DNA from: Kofleriaceae bacterium
GTDB lineage: Bacteria; Myxococcota_A; Polyangia; Haliangiales; Haliangiaceae
Assembly: GCA_965215005.1 (NCBI GenBank)
Contig: CBDCCZ010000054.1
Coordinates: forward strand, 256,001 to 320,000
Direction: 5' to 3'
DNA: 64,000 nucleotides
A program made the position numbers and the translations under genes. This document shows, piece after piece, positions 29,751-38,856 of this stretch. The notes under the pieces are model-generated. The model was given only the letters and a program-made list of their open reading frames with translations. It was not told the DNA's origin and ran no database searches. The number at the start of each line of letters is the position of its first letter. Within the stretch, counting starts at the first letter, position 1.

Positions 29751-31715
29751 ATGTCTCGGCTCGAAACGTATCCGATACCAGAGCGCGTGAGAGAAGGCTC
29801 GAATAGCACGATTCGCAGCATGGCGGATTGGCGGGAGGTGTGGCTGGCGGCTAACGCCGATCCGAATGGCTTCTGGCTCGAGGAGACGAAGCGGCGATTG
29901 CGCTGGCGCGAGCCGCCGACGCGTAGCCTCGAAGGTAGCTTCTCCACTGTTGCAAGCGAGCCGCTGAGCTGGTTCGGCGACGGCACGCTCAATGTCACCG
30001 AATCGTGTCTCGACCGGCACGTGGAGACGCATCCCGACAAAGTGGCAATCATCTGGGAAGGGGATGAGCCCGGCGTCACCCGCACGCTTACGTACCGGCA
30101 GCTGCATCGCCAGGTGTGCAAAGCAGCAAATGCGCTCCAAGCGCTCGGGCTCGCGAAGGGCGAACGCGCCATCATCTATATGGGGATGGTGCCCGAGGCG
30201 GCGATCGCGATGCTTGCGTGTGCTCGGCTCGGAGCGATTCATTCCGTGGTGTTCGGCGGCTTCTCGGCCGAGGCACTGCGCGACCGCATACGCGACTGCG
30301 GCGCAGAGCTCATCATCACCCAGAACGAAGGGCGTCGAGGCGGCAGGCCGCTGCCGCTCAAGACGGTGGTCGACGAGGCATGCGAGGGCGAGCGCGGCGT
30401 CAAGAAGGTACTCGTCTATCAGCGCACCGACACTCAAGTGCCGTGGAAAGACGGTCGCGACGTGTGGTGGCACGATGCTGTCGATTCGGCTGCCGAGGGG
30501 GCGCCGGCGGTGGCAACGGGTGCCGAGGATCCGCTGTTCATCCTCTATACCTCGGGCTCGACCGGCAAGCCCAAGGGCCTCGTGCACACCACCGCGGGAT
30601 ATCTGACGTATGTCTCCTATACCCACGAAATAGTATTCGATTTGCGCCCGAATGACGTCTACGCGTGCGTGGCCGACGTTGGCTGGATTACTGGCCACTC
30701 ATACATCGTGTACGGACCGCTCGCGAATGGCGCCACGACGCTCATGTTTGAGTCGACGCCGGCCTATCCAGACCCCTCCCGCTACTGGGACCTCGTCGAG
30801 CGCCATCGCATCAACATTTTCTACACGGCGCCTACTGCGATTCGCGCGCTGGCCGCCCACGGCGACGAACCGGTGAAGGCGCACGATCGCTCGTCGCTGC
30901 GGGTGCTCGGCACGGTCGGAGAGCCCATCAATCCCGAAGCGTGGCATTGGTACTACGACGTCGTTGGGCAGCGGCGCTGCACCATCGTGGACACCTGGTG
31001 GCAAACCGAGACCGGTGGCATCTGCATTACGCCCATTGCCTCGGCAACCCCACCGCGGCCGGCGTACGCGACGCTGCCGATGCCGGGTATCTTTCCGTCG
31101 CTCGTTGATGCCGAAGGCCACGAGCTGCGCGGCCCCGCGCAAGGCCTCTTGTGCATTGATCATCCGTGGCCGGGCCAGGCTCGCACGGTTTGGGGCGATC
31201 ACGACCGCTTCGTCGCCACGTACTTCTCGCAATACCCCGGGCGTTACTTCACCGGCGATGGTGCAATGCGTGAGTCGGATGGCTACTTCCGCATAACCGG
31301 CCGCGTCGACGATGTGCTCAACGTGAGTGGGCATCGCCTGGGAACGGCAGAGCTCGAGGCGGCTCTGATAAACGTGGAGGAAGTTGCGGAGGCCGGGGTG
31401 GTCGGCTTCCCGCATCCCGTAAAAGGGCAGGGCGTCTACGCGTACGTGGTGCTGCAGCCAGGGGCGGAGCCATCCGCAGCGCTCGAGACTTCGATGAATG
31501 ACAGCGTGCGAACGAGCATTGGCCCGATCGCCAAGGTCGACATCATTCAGTTCGTGCCGGGATTGCCAAAGACGCGCTCGGGCAAAGTCATGCGCCGCAT
31601 CCTGCGCAAGGTCGCGGAAGGGCAGCCTGAGGCGCTCGGAGATATCTCGACGCTGGCGGATCCCTCGGTAGTGCGGGCCATCATCGATGGCGCAAAGTCG
31701 TTATCCGGAACGTGA
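29751..31715 (+). CDS. acs: Acetyl-CoA synthetase
   Basis: LYTSGSTGKPKG, ADVGWITGHSY, DTWWQTETG, LPKTRSGKVMRR. Confidence 0.96.
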   Translation: MSRLETYPIPERVREGSNSTIRSMADWREVWLAANADPNGFWLEETKRRLRWREPPTRSLEGSFSTVASEPLSWFGDGTLNVTESCLDRHVETHPDKVAIIWEGDEPGVTRTLTYRQLHRQVCKAANALQALGLAKGERAIIYMGMVPEAAIAMLACARLGAIHSVVFGGFSAEALRDRIRDCGAELIITQNEGRRGGRPLPLKTVVDEACEGERGVKKVLVYQRTDTQVPWKDGRDVWWHDAVDSAAEGAPAVATGAEDPLFILYTSGSTGKPKGLVHTTAGYLTYVSYTHEIVFDLRPNDVYACVADVGWITGHSYIVYGPLANGATTLMFESTPAYPDPSRYWDLVERHRINIFYTAPTAIRALAAHGDEPVKAHDRSSLRVLGTVGEPINPEAWHWYYDVVGQRRCTIVDTWWQTETGGICITPIASATPPRPAYATLPMPGIFPSLVDAEGHELRGPAQGLLCIDHPWPGQARTVWGDHDRFVATYFSQYPGRYFTGDGAMRESDGYFRITGRVDDVLNVSGHRLGTAELEAALINVEEVAEAGVVGFPHPVKGQGVYAYVVLQPGAEPSAALETSMNDSVRTSIGPIAKVDIIQFVPGLPKTRSGKVMRRILRKVAEGQPEALGDISTLADPSVVRAIIDGAKSLSGT

Positions 31716-31721
31716 GCAGCG

Positions 31722-31760
31722 CCTCGTGGTTCACGGCGTGTGTCGTGAACCACGGGGTTT
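31722..31760 (+). terminator. 16-bp hairpin followed by TTT after acs; REP-like
   Basis: CCTCGTGGTTCACGGC-gtgt-GTCGTGAACCACGGGG-ttt. Confidence 0.7.
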
Positions 31761-31780
31761 CACGTTCGATGGTAGAGACC

Positions 31781-32263
31781 TCAGGCGATATGAAGCTCGA
31801 ACCCGCAGGCTTCATGGCCGAGGCCGCCGATGCAGGTGATTTCGCGCGCCTTGGTCTTCTTGCGAAGCACTCCTTCGACCGCGCCGGCAATCAGTCCGCC
31901 CTCGAAATGGCAAAGCACCCGCCCTACTGGCTCCATGCCGCTGCAGGTGATGCACTCGTAAACGTCGACTTGCATCTTCGACTCGGTCATCACAGGCACC
32001 TTGATGACACCAATCTTCAGCGTCTCGCAGAGAGCCAGAAAATCGTCTAGCGAGGTCAATCCGAGCGACGTGCCGAGCTTCTTTCCCGCGACGTAGGCGG
32101 TGCCGGCAGCGCCTCGACCGATGATGTCCTCGAGCGCGACGAGACGGAGAAGCCGGTAAAGGGCTACGCCAACGTTGTCTCCCAGCGTCGGCCGCAGGAT
32201 CTTGAGGGCGTTGGCAACGTCGACGTTTTGTTCCCTACTCGCGATGGGGGCCACTTCATTCAT
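31781..32263 (-). CDS. Stand-alone V4R (4-vinyl reductase) domain protein
   Basis: YVAGKKLG, YECITCSG, LCHFEGGLIAG, EITCIGGLGHEACGF. Confidence 0.88.
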   Translation of the reverse strand: MNEVAPIASREQNVDVANALKILRPTLGDNVGVALYRLLRLVALEDIIGRGAAGTAYVAGKKLGTSLGLTSLDDFLALCETLKIGVIKVPVMTESKMQVDVYECITCSGMEPVGRVLCHFEGGLIAGAVEGVLRKKTKAREITCIGGLGHEACGFELHIA

Positions 32264-32678
32264 GCATCACCTCCACGACACGGTTAGCACGCTCTTCGCC
32301 GACGTGTCACTGAACGCTTTCAACGCACACGTGGGCGGAGAGTGGTCTCATCTGGACAGACCGCGCGAGGTCCCGCGAATGCGTCACCCGTGATGGGTGA
32401 GTACGATGAGTGGGCGAACTTCCGTGGGGAAACGCCAAAACTGCCGTAGGCGACACTTGGCTGACGCAATTGGTGATGTTGATGACGTCGAACGCAGATG
32501 ATGAGCCGCGCGGAATACGAAAGCAGGGGTGAGAGCCGAAAAATTGGCCGTCTGGTCACGTAGTTTGGTGAAGGCTTGCGGTAGAGATAAGCCGACCGAG
32601 AACTGTTGGTGGCCGCTTTTACGAACATCGTTGTTGTTGATTCGCTAGCGGCAGAGCCCTAGCTTTGAGCCGAGCTTC

Positions 32679-34055
32679 ATGCGCGTTCGCACGGAAAAGG
32701 GCAACGCCCACAACTTCGCCCCCGGATATCGCTTCGGACGCTACACCGTTCAACGATTGCTGGCGCGCGGAGGCATGGGCGAGGTTTGGCTAGGGACAGT
32801 GAGCGGTCCGGGAGGCTTCGCAAAGCGGGTGGTGCTCAAGACCATCCTGCCGGAGCTCGCTGTCGATCAGAGCTATGTGCGCATGTTCATCAACGAGGCC
32901 TCGCTCGCCGCGCGCCTCGATCACCCCAACATCGTCCAGGTGTTCGACCTGGGTGAGCTCGATGGCGCGTACTACATCGCCATGGAGTACGTGGCGGGGG
33001 CGACGCTGTTGCAGCTCGCCGCGTCACACGCTCGGCAAGGTCGGTTGTTGCCGCGGTGGTTCGTCGCCGCGGTAATCGCCGAGGCGTGCGACGGCCTGCA
33101 GTACGCGCATGAGTTCGTGGACGAGGAGCTCGAATCGGCGGGCGTGCTGCACCGCGACATCAGCTTGAGCAACGTGATCGTCTCGAGCGCTGGACGAGTC
33201 GCGCTGCTCGACTTCGGTGTTGCTACGGCCGCCGATGGACCCGACAAGACCCAGTCTGGCTCGCTCAAAGGCAAGTTCCAGTACATGGCGCCCGAGCGGA
33301 TTCGCGGCAGCGATGCCGACCGCCGCTCCGATATCTACTCCGTCGGGGTGCTGCTCTATGAGCTGCTGGTGGGGCGCAAACCGTTTCGCGGACGCACCGA
33401 ATACGAGCTGTTCCGCTCAATCTTGGCGGCGGATGCGCCCGCTCCTAGCGAGCTCACCGCGGGGGTCCCGCCGGAGCTAGACGCGATCGTAGCGCGCGCG
33501 ATGGCCGCCGACGCCGAACATCGATACCAAAGCGCCGACGCGCTCGCCTTCGACTTGCGCGGCTTCGTGCGCATGACCGAAGCGCCTGGCGAGCGCGCCG
33601 ATATCGCTGCCTTCGTGCGCGCCGCGTCCGAAGACGATGAGCCGCTCATCGAGCAGTCCTACGACGACATCTCCTCTGTGCTCGCCGAGCTTCCTTCGGT
33701 CGATATCCAGCTAGAGGAAGAGGGCTCGCTGAGCGCTCATTTTGCTGCGGCTTCGGAGGCGTCGTGGAGCCCATCATTAGATGACGCCGCTGGGGGTGAG
33801 CCCGAGGACGTGCTGCGCCAGCGGTGGCCGCGCGCGTCCTCCTCGCTTCCCGAGGTGCCGGTTCAAACGGCCACCTCCGGAGACCTGTTTCCTGAGCTCA
33901 CCCCAACTCGGCGCACTGTCATTCGTGAGGTCGCCGACTTGTTCAGCGCCCCGGCAGACGCCGCGAATCGCACCTCAGATGTCTTCGAGACGACGCCGCG
34001 TGACGGCGTTCGCGCCGAGGGCCGTTGGCCCTGGCTAGACAAAGAACGCAAGTAA
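32679..34055 (+). CDS. Cytoplasmic Hanks-type Ser/Thr kinase
   Basis: ARGGMGEVW, VVLK, HRDIS..N, DFG, GKFQYMAPE; acidic disordered tail, no TM. Confidence 0.93.
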   Translation: MRVRTEKGNAHNFAPGYRFGRYTVQRLLARGGMGEVWLGTVSGPGGFAKRVVLKTILPELAVDQSYVRMFINEASLAARLDHPNIVQVFDLGELDGAYYIAMEYVAGATLLQLAASHARQGRLLPRWFVAAVIAEACDGLQYAHEFVDEELESAGVLHRDISLSNVIVSSAGRVALLDFGVATAADGPDKTQSGSLKGKFQYMAPERIRGSDADRRSDIYSVGVLLYELLVGRKPFRGRTEYELFRSILAADAPAPSELTAGVPPELDAIVARAMAADAEHRYQSADALAFDLRGFVRMTEAPGERADIAAFVRAASEDDEPLIEQSYDDISSVLAELPSVDIQLEEEGSLSAHFAAASEASWSPSLDDAAGGEPEDVLRQRWPRASSSLPEVPVQTATSGDLFPELTPTRRTVIREVADLFSAPADAANRTSDVFETTPRDGVRAEGRWPWLDKERK

Positions 34056-34068
34056 CCTGGAGGAATTT

Positions 34069-34437
34069 GTGGGAACCCTGGCTAAGAGCGTGAGTGATCA
34101 GTTGCGCGTACTGCGTACGAGCACACCGGAGATTCTCGGCGCCGTCGTCGTGACGATGGACGGTTTCGTGGTGTCGTCGGTGATCCCCTCGGAGGTCGAC
34201 GAAGAGCTCATCGGCGGCATGGCAGCGGCGCTCTTGGGTGTGGGCGAGCGTATTGCCCATGACTTGATGCGAGCGAGCATGGAGCAGGTCTACGTTCGCT
34301 CTCCCAAGGGATACGTAGTAATCAACGCAATCTCCAAAGATAGCGCCTTGGTTCTGTTGGTTACGCGGGAGGCAAAGCTCGGCCTCATCTTCCTGGAGCT
34401 GAAACGAGCTATTGCCGAACTGGCGAGGGTGATGTAA
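34069..34437 (+). CDS. Roadblock/LC7 (MglB-like) protein
   Basis: EILGAVVVTMDGFVVSS, GMAAALLGVGER, AKLGLIFLELKR; GGAGG RBS. Confidence 0.93.
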   Translation: MGTLAKSVSDQLRVLRTSTPEILGAVVVTMDGFVVSSVIPSEVDEELIGGMAAALLGVGERIAHDLMRASMEQVYVRSPKGYVVINAISKDSALVLLVTREAKLGLIFLELKRAIAELARVM

Positions 34438-34442
34438 GAAGG

Positions 34443-35231
34443 GTGCGGGAAGGGGGGAACTTGTCAGCAGGGGGACCAGCAAAGATCGGATGTGCGTTAG
34501 CCTTGTTGGTTGGGCTGGCGGACCTCATGGTGCTCAACTTGCAACTTGCGCCGGCAGCGATGCGTGCCGACGAGGCTCCGCCCGAGGTAATGATGGCGGC
34601 TGGCTCGACGCAGCCCGCAGCAGCCAAGGCAGTGGTTCGAGCAATGCCACATGCTGCTGCTCGAACAGCCGCGAGTGCAGTAATCAATCCGCAGGCAGAC
34701 CAACGCGCAGGTCATGACGAGACAATTTCCGACACAGCGGCGGATCCGGAGGCTGAGCTCGTTGCCACGCTAGATCCTCCGTCTGAAGCGCCTGCTGGTG
34801 AGGCGCCCGCCTACGAGGTGACTGAAGATGCGACTGAAATCGAGGACGAGGCTTCGCCGGAGTCGAGTGACCCGCTGCCACGCCTGGTCTCGTCGGTCGC
34901 AATCTACTTCACGACCGATCGAGCAACGCTAGGTCCAAGGGCGCAGGAGCGGCTAACGATGTTTAGCACCCGCATGCAACGAGCCTCGGGTCGCAGCGAC
35001 GTGCGCGTGCACATCCGCGGCTATGCCGACCGGCGCGGAGACGATTCGTATAACGAGATTCTAAGCAGAAAACGGGCGGAGCGAGTTGCCTCCTATCTAA
35101 GCGAACTCGGTTTGGCGCCTGGCGCGATCGAGGTCGCTTGGTTTGGTGAAGACCCACAAGACTCTGTGCCGCTTTGGAAGATGCGCCGGGTGGACGTCGA
35201 GCTTGCACCCTTCGAGGAGGATGTCCCATGA
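34443..35231 (+). CDS. Membrane-anchored OmpA-like peptidoglycan-binding protein
   Basis: N-terminal hydrophobic anchor, acidic linker, IYFTTD, GYADRRG..YNEILSRKRAERV, RRVDV. Confidence 0.88.
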   Translation: MREGGNLSAGGPAKIGCALALLVGLADLMVLNLQLAPAAMRADEAPPEVMMAAGSTQPAAAKAVVRAMPHAAARTAASAVINPQADQRAGHDETISDTAADPEAELVATLDPPSEAPAGEAPAYEVTEDATEIEDEASPESSDPLPRLVSSVAIYFTTDRATLGPRAQERLTMFSTRMQRASGRSDVRVHIRGYADRRGDDSYNEILSRKRAERVASYLSELGLAPGAIEVAWFGEDPQDSVPLWKMRRVDVELAPFEEDVP

Positions 35232-35929
35232 GTCCCATCGCGCTTGTATGGTTGGCTTCGCTCCTCGGAGCTGTGGCGTTCTTCACTGCGGGCGCGCTGT
35301 TTGCGCGGAGTCGTCGTGCGCCCGCGCAGCCGGCGATAAATGTCCTCGGGCCGAGAAGCCAAGAGGAAGACCCATGGGAGTCGGCGCCGGCGCTGGCGCA
35401 AATACAGAAGTTGCGCCAGGAAAACGCCGAGCTTCGGCTCCTGGCTGAGCAGAATGCCGCTTTGCAGCAGCGATTGGATGCTGCGCAAGTCGAGCTTTCG
35501 ACTCACGAAGAGCACTCTCGTCTCACCACGGTGCCGACGATCTCACTGCCAAGAGCTCCGACCGACGGACTCACCACGGCCGCTGCGTTGGAAACGCTAT
35601 TGGCACGTATCGCGGCAACCGAGGGCATTCGAGCGGTCGTGCTAGCAGATGATATCGGATTGCCGGTGGCGGGAATTGGCGAATATACCAATCAGCTGTC
35701 AGCCTTCGCCGGGTTCATTCGCGACGTTGGCAATAAGACGATGAATCACTTGGCGATGCGCGAGCTCATTCGCATCGAGTTGGAAGACGTTGCCGGTACC
35801 ACCCTCACCGCATGCCCCTTGCGGACGGGAGACGTTGAGCTGTCGTTGGTCACCTTGAGCGTTGGGGCGAAACCCAGTACGCAACACATGAGTCGGATCC
35901 TCGAATCCGCAGGGAGGATGTTCCAATGA
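35228..35929 (+). CDS. TM + coiled coil + C-terminal roadblock-like domain protein
   Basis: N-terminal TM, QKLRQENAELRLLAEQNAALQQRL coiled coil, EGIRAVVLADDIGLPVAG; ATGA overlaps at both ends. Confidence 0.75.
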   Translation: MSPIALVWLASLLGAVAFFTAGALFARSRRAPAQPAINVLGPRSQEEDPWESAPALAQIQKLRQENAELRLLAEQNAALQQRLDAAQVELSTHEEHSRLTTVPTISLPRAPTDGLTTAAALETLLARIAATEGIRAVVLADDIGLPVAGIGEYTNQLSAFAGFIRDVGNKTMNHLAMRELIRIELEDVAGTTLTACPLRTGDVELSLVTLSVGAKPSTQHMSRILESAGRMFQ

Positions 35930-36753
35930 ATCTGCTCCAACAGCGTCCACCACACTCCTACGAGCCCGCTCTGGCGGAGCCCACTGCATTCGACGCCCTC
36001 GAGCTCGATCTAGTGGGGTTGCGGCATGATCTGATGAGCCACGAGCTCTACCCGCTGGTGGATAGCATCCCGCGGCTGCGCGTGTTTATGCAGGTCCATG
36101 TGTTTGCGGTGTGGGACTTCATGTCCCTCGTAAAGCGTCTGCAAGCGGACCTTGCGGGCACGCAGCTGCCGTGGCGACCCCCGGTCAGCAAGTCTCTGTC
36201 GCGGTTCATCAACGAGGTCGTTTTGACCGAGGAATCCGATCAGGGGCCGGACGGGGAGCCGGAGAGCCACCTCGAAATTTATCTCGGGGCGATGGAGGAG
36301 ATCGGCGCGCCGACCCGCCAGTTCCGCACCTTTCTCGAGCACATCACCGCGGGCGCTTCGGTCCGCGCGGCGCTGCGCGCGGTAGACGCGCCGCGGTTCG
36401 TTCGTCGCTTTGTCAGCTCGACCATCGAATGCGCGATCGAAGGCAGCTCGGCCGAGGTTGCTTCGTCGTTCCTGTTTGGTCGTGAGGACCTGATTCCCGA
36501 CATGTTCCAGCGGATCCTTCGTCCGTGGCCAAAGAACGACCTGTCGATCCGACGCTTCCGATTCTATCTCGAGCGCCACATCGAGCTCGATGGCGATGAG
36601 CACGGCCCAATTGCCCGGCGTGCGCTCACCGAGATGGCGGGCACGGATGATCGGCAGTGGAAGATGGCTCGGAAATCGGCTCGGCGAGCGATTATCTCGC
36701 GCGTTCGCCTGTGGGACGGCGTTTGTCGGATCATCCGCGAGGGCAAGGTCTAA
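35926..36753 (+). CDS. DUF3050 family protein (heme-oxygenase-like fold)
   Basis: HELY, FMQVHVFAVWDFMSLVKRLQ, INEVVLTEESD, SHLEIYL, GREDLIPDMF, YLERHIELDGDEHGP, RLWDG. Confidence 0.88.
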   Translation: MNLLQQRPPHSYEPALAEPTAFDALELDLVGLRHDLMSHELYPLVDSIPRLRVFMQVHVFAVWDFMSLVKRLQADLAGTQLPWRPPVSKSLSRFINEVVLTEESDQGPDGEPESHLEIYLGAMEEIGAPTRQFRTFLEHITAGASVRAALRAVDAPRFVRRFVSSTIECAIEGSSAEVASSFLFGREDLIPDMFQRILRPWPKNDLSIRRFRFYLERHIELDGDEHGPIARRALTEMAGTDDRQWKMARKSARRAIISRVRLWDGVCRIIREGKV

Positions 36754-36908
36754 AAGCAGCTCGATGCAGGCTGGTCTCAGCGCAGCTCGTGCGCTGAGCC
36801 GAGCCGCATCCACGAGCTCAGCATGACGAGACTCGTGGGTTGCCCTAGCAAAGGCTGCTAGGTGAGACTCTGGCCGGTATCTGCGCTTGCAGCTGGGCGC
36901 TGCTAGCG

Positions 36909-37352
36909 CTACGCCCAGGGCATTGCGAGCGCTGCAGCGTCGGGTCCGCCATTGCCGATCATGACGGTGGCCACCGGCACGATCACCACGGCGTTCATCT
37001 TCATGCCGAGATCGTTGCATGAGGTCGCCGGATCCGTCACTCGCGCCGCCGGCTTGCCGTTGATCTTCACGGTGAACGAGCCAAGCTCGATGGTGGCGCT
37101 GTTTTGCGCCGGACGCTGAAACGTGGTTCCCGGCGGGGTTGGCAAGTGTACCGGCAGGTTGGTCGCCTGCGACCCCTGGGTGGCCGCTTTGCGATTGTCG
37201 ATGAAGACGTCGCTCGAGAGCCCGGTGTCGAGTTTGCCGTAAAAGACGTGGGGCAGTGGTGTTGGCACCGGTCCGCCAGGCGAGGGCACCATCACGATGT
37301 GCACGTCGAGGCCCTGAACGAAGTCATTTTCCTTGGCGGCGGGAAGACCCAT
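36909..37352 (-). CDS. PAAR domain spike-tip protein
   Basis: PAAK, KAAT, GSFTVKINGKPAARVTD, H/H/C potential Zn ligands, TVMIG. Confidence 0.88.
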   Translation of the reverse strand: MGLPAAKENDFVQGLDVHIVMVPSPGGPVPTPLPHVFYGKLDTGLSSDVFIDNRKAATQGSQATNLPVHLPTPPGTTFQRPAQNSATIELGSFTVKINGKPAARVTDPATSCNDLGMKMNAVVIVPVATVMIGNGGPDAAALAMPWA

Positions 37353-37391
37353 CGCTCAATTCTACGCCGAAGCGGACCGATGCCTTCCGCG

Positions 37392-38801
37392 CTAGCGCGG
37401 CGAATCGCAAACGTCGAATATCTTCCCAGGGTTGAGTAAATTCTGCGGGTCGAGCGCGCATTTGATCGCACGCTGGAGCGCCACTTCGGCGGGAGAGCGT
37501 GAGTACCCAAGGTAGTCTTTCTTGACGAGGCCGATGCCGTGTTCGGCTGAGATGCTTCCCCCGTAGCGCTGGACCAACGAAAAGATCACGTGGTCGGCGC
37601 GCTGGGTGCGACTGCGAAACGTCGCCTCGTCCATGTCGTCTGGCTTGATGGTGTTGATGTGTAGGTTGCCATCACCGACATGGCCAAAGAGGCAGATCTC
37701 CCAACCCGGATACTCCGCGGCGAACACCGCCTCGAGCTCGGAGATGAATGCAGCGAGGGCGGCCACCGGCAGAGCGACATCATTCTTGTGAGGCACACCG
37801 GTGGCGTTGATGCTTTCGCTGATGCCTTCGCGAAGCTCCCAAAGTGCGCGCGCTTGCGCTCGACCGTAGCTAACCGCTGCATCGAGCACTCCTGGCAGCG
37901 CGAGTGCTTCGGCGAGCCAGTCTAGGAGCGCCTCTTCCTCTGCGCCCTCGAGCTCGACCAGGACGTATGTCGATGCCGCTAGCGGCGGAGTAAGCTTGCG
38001 GTGTCGTGTCAGTCGCGCCATGCAGCGGTCGGTGAACATCTCATAAGCCGCAAGCGTAAAATTGCTGCGCCGCACGTTCGTCAATAGGCACATCGCTGCC
38101 GCGGGGTCGGATACTGCAAACAACAGCACGCGACCTTCTCTTGGCAATTGCGTTAGCTTGAGCGTAGCCGCGGTGATGAGCCCGAGGGTCCCTTCCGAGC
38201 CAATGAAGAGCTGGCGCAGGTCGATGCCGGTGTTGTCCTTCTCGAGCGCGCCCCCCAGCTCGAGCTGCTCTCCTGCCGCAGTGACCACCGCGAGCCCGAG
38301 CACCCAATTGCGAGCATGACCGTAGCGAATGACGCGAACGCCTCCGGCGTTGGTGGCCAAGTTTCCGCCGATATGGCTCGATCCCTTCGCGGCCAGCTCG
38401 ATCGGCCAGTACAGACCATGAGCAGCACATGCCTGGTGCACTGCTGCTGTGACGGCGCCCGCCTCCACACGAACGGTCTGTCCCGCCACATCAACAGCAC
38501 CGATTCGGTGCATGCGCTCGAGCGACACGATGACCTCGCCCCGCACCGCGACGGCGCCTCCGACCAAGCCGGTTCGGCCGCCCGAGGGAACCATGGCGAC
38601 TCGATGTTGCGCGCACAGCCGCACCAGCTCCGCGACCTCGTCGGCACTGCGCGGAAACGCCAGAGCCGAGGGCGCGGCATCGTAGCGGCGCAGCCAGTCG
38701 GTGCCGTACCGGGCCAGCTCGGGTGGCTCGAGTGACAGGAAGTCGGCAGGAAACTCGCGGCGAATCGCCATCAATAGTGGCGCGGGCAGCGCGTGGGCCA
38801 T
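37392..38801 (-). CDS. FAD-binding oxidoreductase (D-2-hydroxyglutarate/D-lactate dehydrogenase GlcD family)
   Basis: PSGGRTGLVGG, IGGNLATNAGG, KDNTG, GSEGTLG, GHVGDGNLH, SAEHGIG, LNPGKI. Confidence 0.92.
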   Translation of the reverse strand: MAHALPAPLLMAIRREFPADFLSLEPPELARYGTDWLRRYDAAPSALAFPRSADEVAELVRLCAQHRVAMVPSGGRTGLVGGAVAVRGEVIVSLERMHRIGAVDVAGQTVRVEAGAVTAAVHQACAAHGLYWPIELAAKGSSHIGGNLATNAGGVRVIRYGHARNWVLGLAVVTAAGEQLELGGALEKDNTGIDLRQLFIGSEGTLGLITAATLKLTQLPREGRVLLFAVSDPAAAMCLLTNVRRSNFTLAAYEMFTDRCMARLTRHRKLTPPLAASTYVLVELEGAEEEALLDWLAEALALPGVLDAAVSYGRAQARALWELREGISESINATGVPHKNDVALPVAALAAFISELEAVFAAEYPGWEICLFGHVGDGNLHINTIKPDDMDEATFRSRTQRADHVIFSLVQRYGGSISAEHGIGLVKKDYLGYSRSPAEVALQRAIKCALDPQNLLNPGKIFDVCDSPR

Positions 38802-38856
38802 CAAAATGCAAGCTAGCACTCGCCACGGCGGCTGACGCTATGTAGTTTGCGACTCC

